This document shows positions 19,575 to 30,816 of a DNA stretch of 64,000 nucleotides, piece by piece. How positions within the stretch are numbered: the stretch's first letter is position 1; every line of letters starts with the position of its first letter. Location of the stretch: assembly GCA_963771275.1 (NCBI GenBank), contig CAVYSW010000003.1, forward strand, positions 1,600,001 to 1,664,000, read 5' to 3'. Both the position numbers and the translations under genes were made by a program. The notes beneath the pieces were generated by a model. That model searched no databases and had not been told where the DNA came from. It saw only the letters and a list, made by a program, of their open reading frames with translations. Source of the DNA: an uncultured Gemmatimonadales bacterium (lineage in GTDB: Bacteria; Gemmatimonadota; Gemmatimonadetes; Gemmatimonadales; GWC2-71-9).

Positions 19575-19604
19575 ATCGTACCAACCAACTAGAGCCGGAG
19601 GCAA
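19575..19604 (-). promoter_or_regulatory. Putative sigma70 promoter for the leader and radical SAM gene
   Basis: TTGCCT-18 nt-TACGAT with an extended -10 TGn. Confidence 0.5.
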
Positions 19605-19879
19605 AGGCCGCCTTGGTTCCCAAATCCGTGCATGCATCCTAGCCTCCGGAGAGTAAAGTTTCCGGGAAAGTTGTCTGAAGAAACGTCAGGATTGGCTCCC
19701 CCTTCGAGGGTGGCGGAAGCCCGACTGGCTTTGTCCCGATCAGCGGTGTAGCGTTCCATGGTTCGATCAGCCCACGCTCGCGCGTCGGGCCCCGGCGGAA
19801 GCGGCTCGCAAGTCACGATGAGCCAAGGCGTTGCCCAATCGGCCCTCCGCTGGTGTCCTCTCACCAATGGGTGGTGTCC

Positions 19880-20500
19880 ATGTCAAAGCCTCAGCAGATT
19901 CGTCCCGAAGAGTCCGCGCTCCTCCTCATCGACCTGGCCAACGACTTCGTCTACCCGGGAGGCGTCATTGCCGATGCGGGGGGGCCCGCCTACCGGCAGC
20001 GGGCGCAGGAGATCATCCCCCGCCTCAAGCGCCTTGTGGCCGCGGCACGGGCCTCCGGCGTCACCGTGGCGTACGCCACCGACGCGCACACCGCGGACGA
20101 CGCCGAGCTCGCGAAGTGGCCGCCCCACGCCATGAAGGGCACGCCCGACGCGGAGATCGTGCCCGACTTGGCCCCGCGCGGAGGTGATCTCGTCGTGGAG
20201 AAGCAGACCTACAGCCCGTTCGTCAGCAGCGACCTGGACGCGACGCTCCGCGCCCGAGGCATCCGCCGGCTCTATGTCGCGGGCCTCCACACCGACTGCT
20301 GCGCCCGGCATACCTCCGGCGACGCGTTCCAGCGGGGCTACGACCTCGTGTGGGTGACCGACGGGCTGCAGGCCTTCACGCAGGAGGCCCACGAAGCCGG
20401 ACTGGAGTACTTCCGCGCCTGGTATGCGTCCGATCCGGAGCGCCAGCTGCGCACGACGGACCAGCTCATGGCCGAGTGGAAGGCGGCCGCCGGGAAGTGA
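19880..20500 (+). CDS. Isochorismatase-family cysteine hydrolase (nicotinamidase-like)
   Basis: ALLLID..NDF, D.H, WPPH, K..YS.F, GLHTDCC (Asp-Lys-Cys triad). Confidence 0.9.
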   Translation: MSKPQQIRPEESALLLIDLANDFVYPGGVIADAGGPAYRQRAQEIIPRLKRLVAAARASGVTVAYATDAHTADDAELAKWPPHAMKGTPDAEIVPDLAPRGGDLVVEKQTYSPFVSSDLDATLRARGIRRLYVAGLHTDCCARHTSGDAFQRGYDLVWVTDGLQAFTQEAHEAGLEYFRAWYASDPERQLRTTDQLMAEWKAAAGK

Positions 20501-20521
20501 GGCAGGGACGCGCCCCGCGGA

Positions 20522-21676
20522 TCAGCGTTGGTCGCGGCGCGGCGCCTCGGTCTGCGCGCGGCCGAGTCCAGCCAGGCGACGCGCGAGCGAGCGGGCGTAG
20601 GAACCCTCGCCGAACGCCACGTCGGTGATGGCGTTCGCCAGGGCGCGGCCGAGGACGCGGTACGCAACCGCTTGGAGCGGCACCGGACCGTAGACGACGC
20701 GGGCGAGGATCCGCGCGGCCCGCAGGTCCGGGAGCACGTGTCGCCGCAGCGCGGCGTCGTAGGCCGGCCCCGCGCGTGCGGCGTCCAGCTGCGCGTCGAT
20801 CAGGGCCTGGGCCGCCAGGCGGCCACTCAGAGCGGCGTAGCTGATTCCCTCCGCCGTGAGGGGGTCGGCCAGGCCGGCGGCATCACCCACCACCATCACG
20901 CGGCCCCGCGTGAACGGTGGTCGCTCTGGCCGCAGCGGGATGACATACCCGTGGCGCACGGTGCCACGGGGCACGATTCCCAGGTGGTGGAGGTAGGCCT
21001 CGATCGCGGCCCCGAGCGCGACTTTGCCGCGCGCCGTGCTGAGCACGCCGATCGAGAGGTGATCGGTTTTGGGGAACACCCACGCGTATCCCCGCCGGGA
21101 GATCCCGAAATCCACTCGGGCGCACTCACCGAACCGCGCGAGCGTGGCACTGTCCACGTACGCCTCGATCTCGAGCGCCGGCGCCGCCCGTCGCCCCGCC
21201 GCCCAGCCCGCGGCGCCCGACACGGCTCCCGTCGCGCCGTCGGCCGCGATGACGGCGCTCGCGTCCAGTGGTCCGCGATCGGTTTCGAGGCGCACCTGAC
21301 CTGATTGGCGCACGACCGCGCCCGCCTTCCATGGGGCGAGCAGCTCCGCGCCGGCGTCGACCGCCGCCCGGGCCAGCAGCTGGTCGAGCGGCGCGCGGCG
21401 CGTCATGCGGATGATCGGGTCCGCGCGGCGGCAGACGAAGCTCCAGTCCTGTGGATGCAGGCCCACCGCGACGGCCCGGCACTCGTGCTCGACGACGGGA
21501 GCGATGTCGGCGGGGAGCCAGCGTATCGCGCGGGGCACGAGTCCGCCGCCGCAGGTCTTGTGGCGGGGCAGGGTCTCGCGCTCGACCAGAGCGACCCGGA
21601 CCCCTGCCCGCGCGAGATGGTACGCGGCGGTTGAGCCGGCAGGCCCGGTCCCGACGACCACGACGTCGTACCGCAA
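20522..21676 (-). CDS. Geranylgeranyl reductase family FAD-dependent oxidoreductase
   Basis: YDVVVVG.GPAG, PR.K.CGGG, ADGA, GYAWVFPK, GDAAG..DPLTAEGI. Confidence 0.9.
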   Translation of the reverse strand: MRYDVVVVGTGPAGSTAAYHLARAGVRVALVERETLPRHKTCGGGLVPRAIRWLPADIAPVVEHECRAVAVGLHPQDWSFVCRRADPIIRMTRRAPLDQLLARAAVDAGAELLAPWKAGAVVRQSGQVRLETDRGPLDASAVIAADGATGAVSGAAGWAAGRRAAPALEIEAYVDSATLARFGECARVDFGISRRGYAWVFPKTDHLSIGVLSTARGKVALGAAIEAYLHHLGIVPRGTVRHGYVIPLRPERPPFTRGRVMVVGDAAGLADPLTAEGISYAALSGRLAAQALIDAQLDAARAGPAYDAALRRHVLPDLRAARILARVVYGPVPLQAVAYRVLGRALANAITDVAFGEGSYARSLARRLAGLGRAQTEAPRRDQR

Positions 21677-21682
21677 GGGAGC

Positions 21683-24121
21683 TCAGTCCGGGGGGTGTGC
21701 GGGTGGTGCGGGGGAGCTGAGCTCCCGCCGGAGCTCGGCCAGCTCGACGAGCCGCCGGGCGACGGCAGCACCGACGCTCCCATCCGGGTAGCTCCCGTCG
21801 GCGGCGCGCGCGCCTGCCGGCAGGCCCGTGAGGATCTCGAGACCTTCGTCGACCGTGGCGATCGGGAACACGTGGAACCGGCCCGCGGCGACGGCCTCCA
21901 CGACATCCCGTCGCAGCATCAGGTTGCGGACGTTCGACTGGGGTATGATGACCCCCTGCCGTCCCGTGAGTCCCCGCACGCCACAGGCGTCGAAGAACCC
22001 TTCGATCTTCTCGTTCACGCCGCCGATTGCCTGCACGTCGCCGTGCTGATTGATCGACCCGGTCACGGCCACCGCCTGGCTCAGCGGCACGTCGGCGATC
22101 GCCGACAGCAGGGCAAACAGCTCCGCGGCCGAGGCCGAGTCGCCCTCCACGCCACCGTACGACTGCTCGAACACGAGCGTCGCGGAGAGCGAGAGCGGGT
22201 GATCGGGCGCGAACCGCGCGCCGAGGAACCCGCCGAGAATCAGCACCCCCTTCGAGTGGATCGGACCGCCCAGCTCCACTTCGCGCTCGATGTCGAGCAC
22301 CTCGCCTTCACCGATCCGGACCCGCGCGGTGATCCGGGTGGGGTGGCCGAACGTGAACGTGCCGTAGGACGCGACCACCAGCCCGTTCAGCTGCCCGATC
22401 CGCGCTCCGTCGGTGTCGATCAGCAGGGTGCCGCGCTCCAGGGCCTCGAGGTATCGCTGGCGCGGGCGGTCGGCCCGGGCGATCGGCGCCGTGATCGCGC
22501 GCTCCGCATCGTCGGCCTGCACGACCGCGTGCCCCGCTTCGGACGCCCAGTGGTTCGCCTCGCGGAGCAGGTCCATCACGATCGCGATCCGTGCCGAGAG
22601 CTTCCCCTGGTCCTCCACGAGCCGGCCACTGTGCTCCATGACCCGCGCGACGGCGGAACGGTGCAGCGGCCGGAGCTTCTCCTGGCGGCACACCGTGGCG
22701 AGGAGGCAGGCGTACTGCCTGATCTGCCCCCCGTGCGCCTCCATCGTCTCGTCGAAATCCGCGGCGACCTTGAAATGCTCCGGGAAATCCGGGTCGAGCG
22801 TGTGAACGAGGTAGTACAGTGATGGATCGCCCATCAGGATCACCTGGGCGGCGAGCGGGACGGGCTCGGGCTCCAGCGACACGGTCGTCGCGAAGCCGGA
22901 CGCTTCCGCGGGGGGCTCGATCCGCACCTGGCAGGCCGCGAGCGCACGCTTCAGCGCGTCCCACGCGTACGGGTTCCGCAACAGGCGGTGCATGTCGAGC
23001 AGCAGGTAGCCGCCGTTGGCGCGATGCAGCGCCCCGCCCTTGATCAGGGTGTGGTCCGTGACCAGGGCGCCGAATTCCGCCGTGTGCTCGATCCGGCCGA
23101 CGAGGTTCTCGTACGTCGGGTTATCCTCGTAGATCACCGGCGCGCCCGACTGCCCCGTGTTGTCCACCACCACGTTGACGTGATACAGCCGCCGCATCGC
23201 GGCCGGGTCGGGGCGCCCGGCCGCCTCCAGCCTGGTCGCCGGTGGTCCCTCGCCGCCGCCCGCGACCTCGCGCGCGTGTTCGACGACGTGGCGCTGGACC
23301 GCGTCGAGGTGCTGCTGGACGTCCGCCAGGTCGCGGTACTTCTCCCGCACCTCGCCCAGAGGGTGCTCCACCGCGAGCGCGGCGGTCTCGCGGCGCAGGG
23401 CGCGCTGCCGCTCGCGCCGCTCCCGGTTCCAGCGCGGCACCTGCCGCAGCGTCTGCTGCACCTCGGCCTGGAGGCCCGCGACCGCCGCGTCGAACCGCGC
23501 GCGCTCCTCCGCCGGCAGGTGCTCGAACTGGTCTTCCGTGAGGACTTCCTCTCCCTTGAGCGGCGCGAACGTGAGGCCGGTGGGCGTGCGGAGCAGCGCG
23601 AGGCCAGCGCCCCGGGCCCGGTCCCCAATCTCGCCGAGCCGCTGCTCGGGCCGCTGCTTGAACTCGTCCTCAATCACCTGGCGCCGCCGCTGGTACTCGT
23701 CCGCGTCGAAGGCGGCCGCGATCACGCTCTGCAGATCCTCGGCGAGCCGCTCCAGATCGCGACGCAGCTCGGTGCTGCGCCCGGCCGGCACCCGCAGCAC
23801 CTTCGGTTGCTGCGGCTCGTCGAAGTTGTGGAGGTAGCACAGGTCCGCGGGAGTCGGCTGCTGGCGGGCCAGCGCTGCGAGATACTGGTGCAGGAACGAG
23901 CGCTTGCCGGTCCCCGGCAGGCCGAACGCGAAAATGTTGAACCCCTGCCGGCGGATCCCGGTGCCGAACGCCACGGCCGCCGCGGCTCGGGGCTGTCCGA
24001 CGATGCCGAACACGTCCTCGAGCTCGTCGGTCGTCTCGAACGGAGGCAATTCCTGTTCGTAGTGACGGACGAGGGCCTCGGGTGGGAGCTCCCCGGGGTA
24101 CAGCGGTGGTCGAGCGCTCAT
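21683..24121 (-). CDS. Lon-like (S16, LonC/YcbZ-type) protease with AAA+ domain
   Basis: GQPRA, G.PGTGK, NPTY.NL.GRIE, GALHRANGGYL, IHSKG, FEQSY..VEGDSAS (catalytic Ser), IGGVNEKIEGF (catalytic Lys). Confidence 0.92.
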   Translation of the reverse strand: MSARPPLYPGELPPEALVRHYEQELPPFETTDELEDVFGIVGQPRAAAAVAFGTGIRRQGFNIFAFGLPGTGKRSFLHQYLAALARQQPTPADLCYLHNFDEPQQPKVLRVPAGRSTELRRDLERLAEDLQSVIAAAFDADEYQRRRQVIEDEFKQRPEQRLGEIGDRARGAGLALLRTPTGLTFAPLKGEEVLTEDQFEHLPAEERARFDAAVAGLQAEVQQTLRQVPRWNRERRERQRALRRETAALAVEHPLGEVREKYRDLADVQQHLDAVQRHVVEHAREVAGGGEGPPATRLEAAGRPDPAAMRRLYHVNVVVDNTGQSGAPVIYEDNPTYENLVGRIEHTAEFGALVTDHTLIKGGALHRANGGYLLLDMHRLLRNPYAWDALKRALAACQVRIEPPAEASGFATTVSLEPEPVPLAAQVILMGDPSLYYLVHTLDPDFPEHFKVAADFDETMEAHGGQIRQYACLLATVCRQEKLRPLHRSAVARVMEHSGRLVEDQGKLSARIAIVMDLLREANHWASEAGHAVVQADDAERAITAPIARADRPRQRYLEALERGTLLIDTDGARIGQLNGLVVASYGTFTFGHPTRITARVRIGEGEVLDIEREVELGGPIHSKGVLILGGFLGARFAPDHPLSLSATLVFEQSYGGVEGDSASAAELFALLSAIADVPLSQAVAVTGSINQHGDVQAIGGVNEKIEGFFDACGVRGLTGRQGVIIPQSNVRNLMLRRDVVEAVAAGRFHVFPIATVDEGLEILTGLPAGARAADGSYPDGSVGAAVARRLVELAELRRELSSPAPPAHPPD

Positions 24122-24167
24122 GGTCGGGCCCTCCTGCCGCTTCCCGCGGCGCAGTCGTGCATCGAGC

Positions 24168-27149
24168 TCACGCGGGCGCCATCCCCGGCTTGTAGATCGC
24201 GCCGCGTCCGTCCCGACCGCCCATGACCACGACGACCGGCTGGTCGAACCGGAGATGGCGCACGAACCCCAGCTCGCCCTGCGACGGCTGGGTAGCGACC
24301 CAGTCCCAGTCCACGAACCCCTCCCCCACCTCCGCGTTCACGGTGAAATAGCCGACCTGGAACGAGGTGAGATTCTGGAAGAAGTGACTTCCCTGGGACG
24401 GGGTCACCCGGAAGTCGCGAAACCCGGTTTCGACGATCACGCGCGCGCCCGAGATCTCGTCCCAGGTGACCGGGATCCCCAGCCACGGATCCGTGGACCC
24501 CCAGCGTCCCACGCCGATCAGGGCGTAGGGGCGCCGCTCGGCGGAGAGCGTCGCGTTGAAGCGGGCGATCTCCTGTGCCGCGACCCGGCTCTGGGAGCGG
24601 TCGAACCGATGGAAGTCCACCACCACCACGTCGTGAATGTCTGTCACACGACCCTGGCCCAGGGCGCACGGGCTGAAGCAGATCAGGTGATCCCGGCGGC
24701 CCTCCTCGAGCGAGGGCCCGTCGCTCTCCCGCAACAGCACGAGCGGCCGCATCTGGAGGAAGCCGAACTCGTGGACGCCCGTCTCGCCGCCGAGCCGGAC
24801 GGCGAACTCGATCTCGGCCTCGCGGTTCATGCCCCGGCTCCCGACTTCCAGCAGGAGCGCGAGGATGTCGGCGAGCGGAAACAGGCCATGCTTCAGCACC
24901 GGGGCGAACGTGACGAGCCGGATGCCGCGCCGGCCAAGGCCGTCGTACACGGCGTGGTTTTCGGCGGAGTAGGTGGAGCCCAGGGCGGCCAGCGTCCCGT
25001 CGGCCTCGGCGGTGGCGAGGGCGAAGCGTCGCTCCCGCATCGCCTCCTCGGGGTCGAGGTCCGGCTCCGCCGGACCGAGCTCGAGCGCCCAGAACTCGCG
25101 CTGCGAGTTGGCGACGACGTCTTCCGCCGACGAGAAATTGAGGATCTGCTGCGGAAAGCGCGGGCAGAAGCTGAGGCACGGCTCGCCCTCGACGACCGTC
25201 CGCCCCATGCCGAGGGCCACCGCCGCCACGCCGTCCTGCGCGCGGAGCGGCGGGACCGGATAGAAGTTGTGCGAGCGCGCCACCCCCGAGAAATCCGGGT
25301 AGTAACGGCCGCCGTGCGGGGCGCCCACCACCTTCTGGAGGATTACCGCCATCTTCTCCTCCTCGAGCCGGTAGGGCGTCGCGTGCAGGTAGGCCTTGGC
25401 GTGGCGGCTGAAGGTCGAGGCGTACACGCGCTTCACGGCCTGCGTCAGCTGGGCCAGCCGCTCCCGCTCGTCGGGGTGGCGGTTGGGCAGCATATACGTG
25501 CTGTAGACGCCGGTGAGCGGCAGGTACTGCGAGTCCTCCAGCAGGCTCGAGGACCGTACGGCCAGCGGCCACCGCACCGCGTCGAGGAAGCCGGCCAGGT
25601 CGGCGACCACGTCGTCGGGCAGGGGCGCCGCGAGGAACCGCGCCAGGAGCTCCGCGTCGTCGGTGTCGCCCAGCGCCAGAGCGAGCAGGTCGTTCGCCGC
25701 GAGGAACCGGTCGAAGCAGTCCGTGGCGAGCACGACGGCGGGCGGCACCGCGACGTGCACACCCGGGAAGTGGCGGCCTACGCCGTGGTAGGCGAGCAGG
25801 TAGCGGACGAATGCCAGGCCGCGGGCCTTGCCGCCGAGCGACCCGCCCCCGATGCGCGCGAAGAAGCTCCCCGCGCCGTCGAACGACTCGCGGTCGAAAT
25901 CCGCCACGAGCGTCTCGCTCTGCCCGCGGCGGTACTCCGCGATCGCGTCGATCAGGTTGCGGCGCAGGTCCTCGAGCGTGGGGAAGTCGGAAACCTTGCG
26001 CGGCCTGAGCCGGTCGGCGAGGGCGAACTCGGTGCGTGCCGTGAGCCAGTTGGAGAAGTGGTTGCGCTCGCCGTGGAACGCCAGGCTCTCGACGGGGACC
26101 GTGTGGAGCAGGGCCTCGAGGGTCTTGAGGTCGCCAGCCCGTCCGACCTCTTTGCCGTCGGGCGTGCGGAAGATGAAGTCGCCGAAGGCGAAGTGCTCGA
26201 TCATGAACTGGCGCAGGTCGCCGAGCAGCGTGTCGGAGTACTTGCGTAGGAACTCGGCGCCCACGGCACGGGCCCCGGGTGCGAACTCGCTGCGGCTGGA
26301 CTGCAGCAGGATCGGCAGGTCCGGCACCGCCGCGCGCGCCATGCGCGCGAGGTCGAAGCCCGCCTCACGGGACGGCGTCCCCCCGCGCGGGAACTCGACG
26401 TCCGAGATCAGGCCCTGCAGGTACGGGCGGTACCGCGTGAACAGCTCCCAGGCCTCCTCGAAGGTGGTCGCGAGCAGGATCTTGGGACGCGCCCGCATCC
26501 GCACCAGCTTGTGCGAGAGATTGACGCCTTCGCTGATCAGCCGGTGCGACTGGCTGATCAGCTCCGTGTAGATCGTCGGCAGGAACGACGAGTAGTAGCG
26601 GACGTTGTCCTCGACGACCAGGATCACGGGCACGCCCACGATCGCCGTGTCGTGGGCCACGTTGCGCCGGTCCTCCAGGCACTTCACGATCGCGACCAGG
26701 ATCCGCGCGTTGCCCTGCCACAGGAAGATGCGCTCGATGTCGGCGATGTCGTGCCGGGCCATGAACTCCTTGCGCTCGTTGTTGTCGAACGCGAGGACCA
26801 CGACGGGCACGTCCAGCCCGGCGGCCTTCACGGCCCGCGCCAGCTGCGTGGCGTCCATGTCGCCGGGGTTCGGCGCCGTGATGATGAGGTTGAAGCGCCG
26901 GTCGGCTCGGGCCATCGCCAGGGCCTCGGCGCCGCTCGCCACGTGCGTCAGGCCGGGCGTGTGGTGCAGCGACAGCTCGAGGAACTCGTCCAGGATCAGC
27001 TCGTTCAACCGGCCGTCTTCCTGCAGCGTGAACGAGTCGTACAGGCTCGCGACGAGCAGGATGTCCTGGACCCGGAACGGCATGAGGTTCTGAAACGCCT
27101 GGTAGGGATTGCTCACGTACTGGGCGAAGCGCCCGGGCTGGCTCGTCAT
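24168..27149 (-). CDS. Receiver-domain protein fused to a PEP synthase/PPDK-type ATP-grasp domain
   Basis: REC-like segments (ILLVAS.YD, ILVVEDN, LISDVEFP), then GGKARGL, LAVRSSSLLEDS, KRVYAS, MAVILQ, SGVARS, G.G.TVVEG, IEFA, LQMRP. No pyruvate-binding TIM barrel is visible. Confidence 0.88.
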   Translation of the reverse strand: MTSQPGRFAQYVSNPYQAFQNLMPFRVQDILLVASLYDSFTLQEDGRLNELILDEFLELSLHHTPGLTHVASGAEALAMARADRRFNLIITAPNPGDMDATQLARAVKAAGLDVPVVVLAFDNNERKEFMARHDIADIERIFLWQGNARILVAIVKCLEDRRNVAHDTAIVGVPVILVVEDNVRYYSSFLPTIYTELISQSHRLISEGVNLSHKLVRMRARPKILLATTFEEAWELFTRYRPYLQGLISDVEFPRGGTPSREAGFDLARMARAAVPDLPILLQSSRSEFAPGARAVGAEFLRKYSDTLLGDLRQFMIEHFAFGDFIFRTPDGKEVGRAGDLKTLEALLHTVPVESLAFHGERNHFSNWLTARTEFALADRLRPRKVSDFPTLEDLRRNLIDAIAEYRRGQSETLVADFDRESFDGAGSFFARIGGGSLGGKARGLAFVRYLLAYHGVGRHFPGVHVAVPPAVVLATDCFDRFLAANDLLALALGDTDDAELLARFLAAPLPDDVVADLAGFLDAVRWPLAVRSSSLLEDSQYLPLTGVYSTYMLPNRHPDERERLAQLTQAVKRVYASTFSRHAKAYLHATPYRLEEEKMAVILQKVVGAPHGGRYYPDFSGVARSHNFYPVPPLRAQDGVAAVALGMGRTVVEGEPCLSFCPRFPQQILNFSSAEDVVANSQREFWALELGPAEPDLDPEEAMRERRFALATAEADGTLAALGSTYSAENHAVYDGLGRRGIRLVTFAPVLKHGLFPLADILALLLEVGSRGMNREAEIEFAVRLGGETGVHEFGFLQMRPLVLLRESDGPSLEEGRRDHLICFSPCALGQGRVTDIHDVVVVDFHRFDRSQSRVAAQEIARFNATLSAERRPYALIGVGRWGSTDPWLGIPVTWDEISGARVIVETGFRDFRVTPSQGSHFFQNLTSFQVGYFTVNAEVGEGFVDWDWVATQPSQGELGFVRHLRFDQPVVVVMGGRDGRGAIYKPGMAPA

Positions 27150-27221
27150 CGACGCTCCCCGAGGAACGGCAGCGCGGGGTGGACGAGTCCACCCCGCGCT
27201 GTTGTTGGCGACGTCACGGCC

Positions 27222-28820
<1,599 letters not shown>

Positions 28821-28825
28821 TCAGC

Positions 28826-29896
28826 TCAGCGACCGAGTGAGTAGGTCAGGGCGCTGGTCAGCAGCCAGTCGTGCTTCTTGGCGTCCCCCGGCGGGTTGTT
28901 GTTGACCTCGTTGCGCGAGGCCACCCGGAAGCCCAGTCCCTTCACGATCGTCGTGGTGAGGCTCGAGGTGGAGAGGATGCGGTAGTCCCGGAAATTCTCG
29001 GTGCTCGGGGCCCAGTCGAACGTCCACTGGAAGTCGATCGGGCCGAGCTTCTGGGCGAGCGCGGTGCCGGCCGCCACGATCGGCGTGGTGCTCACCGAGT
29101 CCGGCGCGTGGAAGTTCTCGCGCCGGTAGCCGGCGGACAGCGACACTCGGAAGTCCGTGGCCGCACTGGCGAACACCTGATACCCGAGTCCGCCGTTGTA
29201 GGCGGACCGCAGATCGAGGTTCTGCAGCGTATCGCGCTCTTGGGTCGTTGCCGCGAACGCGAACACGCGGCCGCTGAAGAAGAGGTCGATCCGGCCGTTG
29301 CCGTAGAGCTTCGCGACGGTCTGCACGAGCGCCGAGTCCGGCCACGGCGTGGCGCGTTGCTGGGCGATCCCGAACCCGAGCTGGATCCGGTCCTTTGGCG
29401 TGCGGCGCTCCAGGCCGATGTCCCCGGTGAGGCCGCGGGAGCTCCCATTCCCCGTCTTGGCGGAGAAGCCGAAGCCGACGGTCGCGCTCCAGAACCGGGT
29501 GAACGGGCTGAAGTAGCCGATCCGGACGGGCCGCAGAGCGTCGAGCCGGTTCGGGTCCCCGACGGCCGCGAGATCCGCCGGCGTGATCGTGCGGGTCCGG
29601 CCGTCCGCGCCGGTCAGCTGGAGCCGATCCCCCGCCGCCGTCACGGTCCCGGCGAGGATCGCGCCGTCGACGAGGCGGACGCCGACGGGCGCGGAGGTGA
29701 CGTAGGCCGCGACGTCCCCTCCCGCGATCTTGAGCTCGCCCCCCGCATGCCTGAACACCCACGTGCCGCCCGTGATGGCGACGAGCTTGCCGGTCAGCTG
29801 ATCACCGTTCTTGAGCGTCAGCGTCTCCTGCGCCGCGGCCGCCGACGCCAGGAACAGGGCCGCGACGACCGCAAGCGCCCGGATCTTCGTCGTCAT
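28826..29896 (-). CDS. DUF481/YdiY-family outer-membrane beta-barrel protein
   Basis: Signal peptide, N-terminal L.LKNGD.L.G, then W...G.S..TGN, ERD...LDLR...G.GY and amphipathic strands ending L.Y.L. Confidence 0.75.
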   Translation of the reverse strand: MTTKIRALAVVAALFLASAAAAQETLTLKNGDQLTGKLVAITGGTWVFRHAGGELKIAGGDVAAYVTSAPVGVRLVDGAILAGTVTAAGDRLQLTGADGRTRTITPADLAAVGDPNRLDALRPVRIGYFSPFTRFWSATVGFGFSAKTGNGSSRGLTGDIGLERRTPKDRIQLGFGIAQQRATPWPDSALVQTVAKLYGNGRIDLFFSGRVFAFAATTQERDTLQNLDLRSAYNGGLGYQVFASAATDFRVSLSAGYRRENFHAPDSVSTTPIVAAGTALAQKLGPIDFQWTFDWAPSTENFRDYRILSTSSLTTTIVKGLGFRVASRNEVNNNPPGDAKKHDWLLTSALTYSLGR

Positions 29897-29908
29897 GCGC
29901 GGCCGGTC

Positions 29909-30796
29909 CTACGACCGGACTACGATGAGGTACTTCGACGGCGTCCAGAACTCCCACGGCGACATGATCCGCAGCTCCCCGCGCACCTTGCCGTCCTTGT
30001 CGGGCGGCTCGGCCAGGAACTCCGTGTTCTGGCGTGACACGACCTTGTACGCCCCGGTCGAGTCCGGCAGCGGAATCTCGGTCATGGTGCGGAGGTCGAT
30101 GGCCGTGAAATCCGCCGGCTTGAGGTCCGTCGCCGGCACGAGCGTCTTGCCGCGCTTGCCGAAGATGAACAGGACGCGGCTGCCGCCCACTTCGGTCACC
30201 ACGCCCCGCTCGAGCAGCTCCTGCTTCGTGCCGATGACGTAGTACGCCGTGTTCTGCGCCTCGACCAGCTGCTCCACGGTGTCGGTGAGCGCCGCCTTGT
30301 CGGTCGCGAGCTGCACGTTCTCCGACTGCAGCGCCTCCACCCGCGCCGTCAGCACACCGATCGTCGTCTTCTGGTTCTCGATCGTCGTCTGCAAGTCGGC
30401 GATCGTCGCCTCGAACTGCACGCGGGCGCTGTCCGACGCCCGGGTCAGCGAGCGGATGCGCCGCTGACTCTCCTTGAGGCGCTCTTCGGCCTGCGCGATG
30501 CGCGTGGTCACGTCCCCGACCATGGCCCGCAGGCTGTCGCGGCTCGCGGCGATGGGGGATTCGGCCGCCGCGCCGACCTTGGCGAGGCGCTCCCGGTCCG
30601 CGACGGTGACCAGCTGGGCGCTGATCTCGCTCATCAGGCGTGCGTTCTCCGCCACCTGGCTGAGCAGGCTGTCCTTCTCGGCCGACACCGACTGGAGCTG
30701 CGCGAGCTGAGCCTGCACTTCGGGGCTGGGGCCGCGGTTGCACGATGCCACCGCGAGCGCAACGAGCGCGGCGGTCCCGATTCCTATCCTGCGCAT
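29909..30796 (-). CDS. Coiled-coil lipoprotein resembling the Bacteroidota Cbp1-like family
   Basis: LAVASC lipobox, long heptad region, C-terminal NTAYYVIGTKQEL..GV..GG, F.AID.R..EIP, L.I..P..FW..SKYLIV. Family recognised from memory. Confidence 0.7.
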   Translation of the reverse strand: MRRIGIGTAALVALAVASCNRGPSPEVQAQLAQLQSVSAEKDSLLSQVAENARLMSEISAQLVTVADRERLAKVGAAAESPIAASRDSLRAMVGDVTTRIAQAEERLKESQRRIRSLTRASDSARVQFEATIADLQTTIENQKTTIGVLTARVEALQSENVQLATDKAALTDTVEQLVEAQNTAYYVIGTKQELLERGVVTEVGGSRVLFIFGKRGKTLVPATDLKPADFTAIDLRTMTEIPLPDSTGAYKVVSRQNTEFLAEPPDKDGKVRGELRIMSPWEFWTPSKYLIVVRS

Positions 30797-30816
30797 GGGT
30801 CCTCCCGGTTGATGCG

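Noticed and set aside
19700..19760. Resemblance to the ykkC/guanidine-I riboswitch 3' motif (minus strand ACACCG...GGGACAAAGCC)
   Set aside because: The 5' CUAGGGUUCCG element and the CCCGGGAG end are missing; the similarity is too short.
19589..19867. 92-aa minus-strand ORF in the intergenic region
   Set aside because: No RBS, atypical codon usage, no motif, and it overlaps likely promoters.
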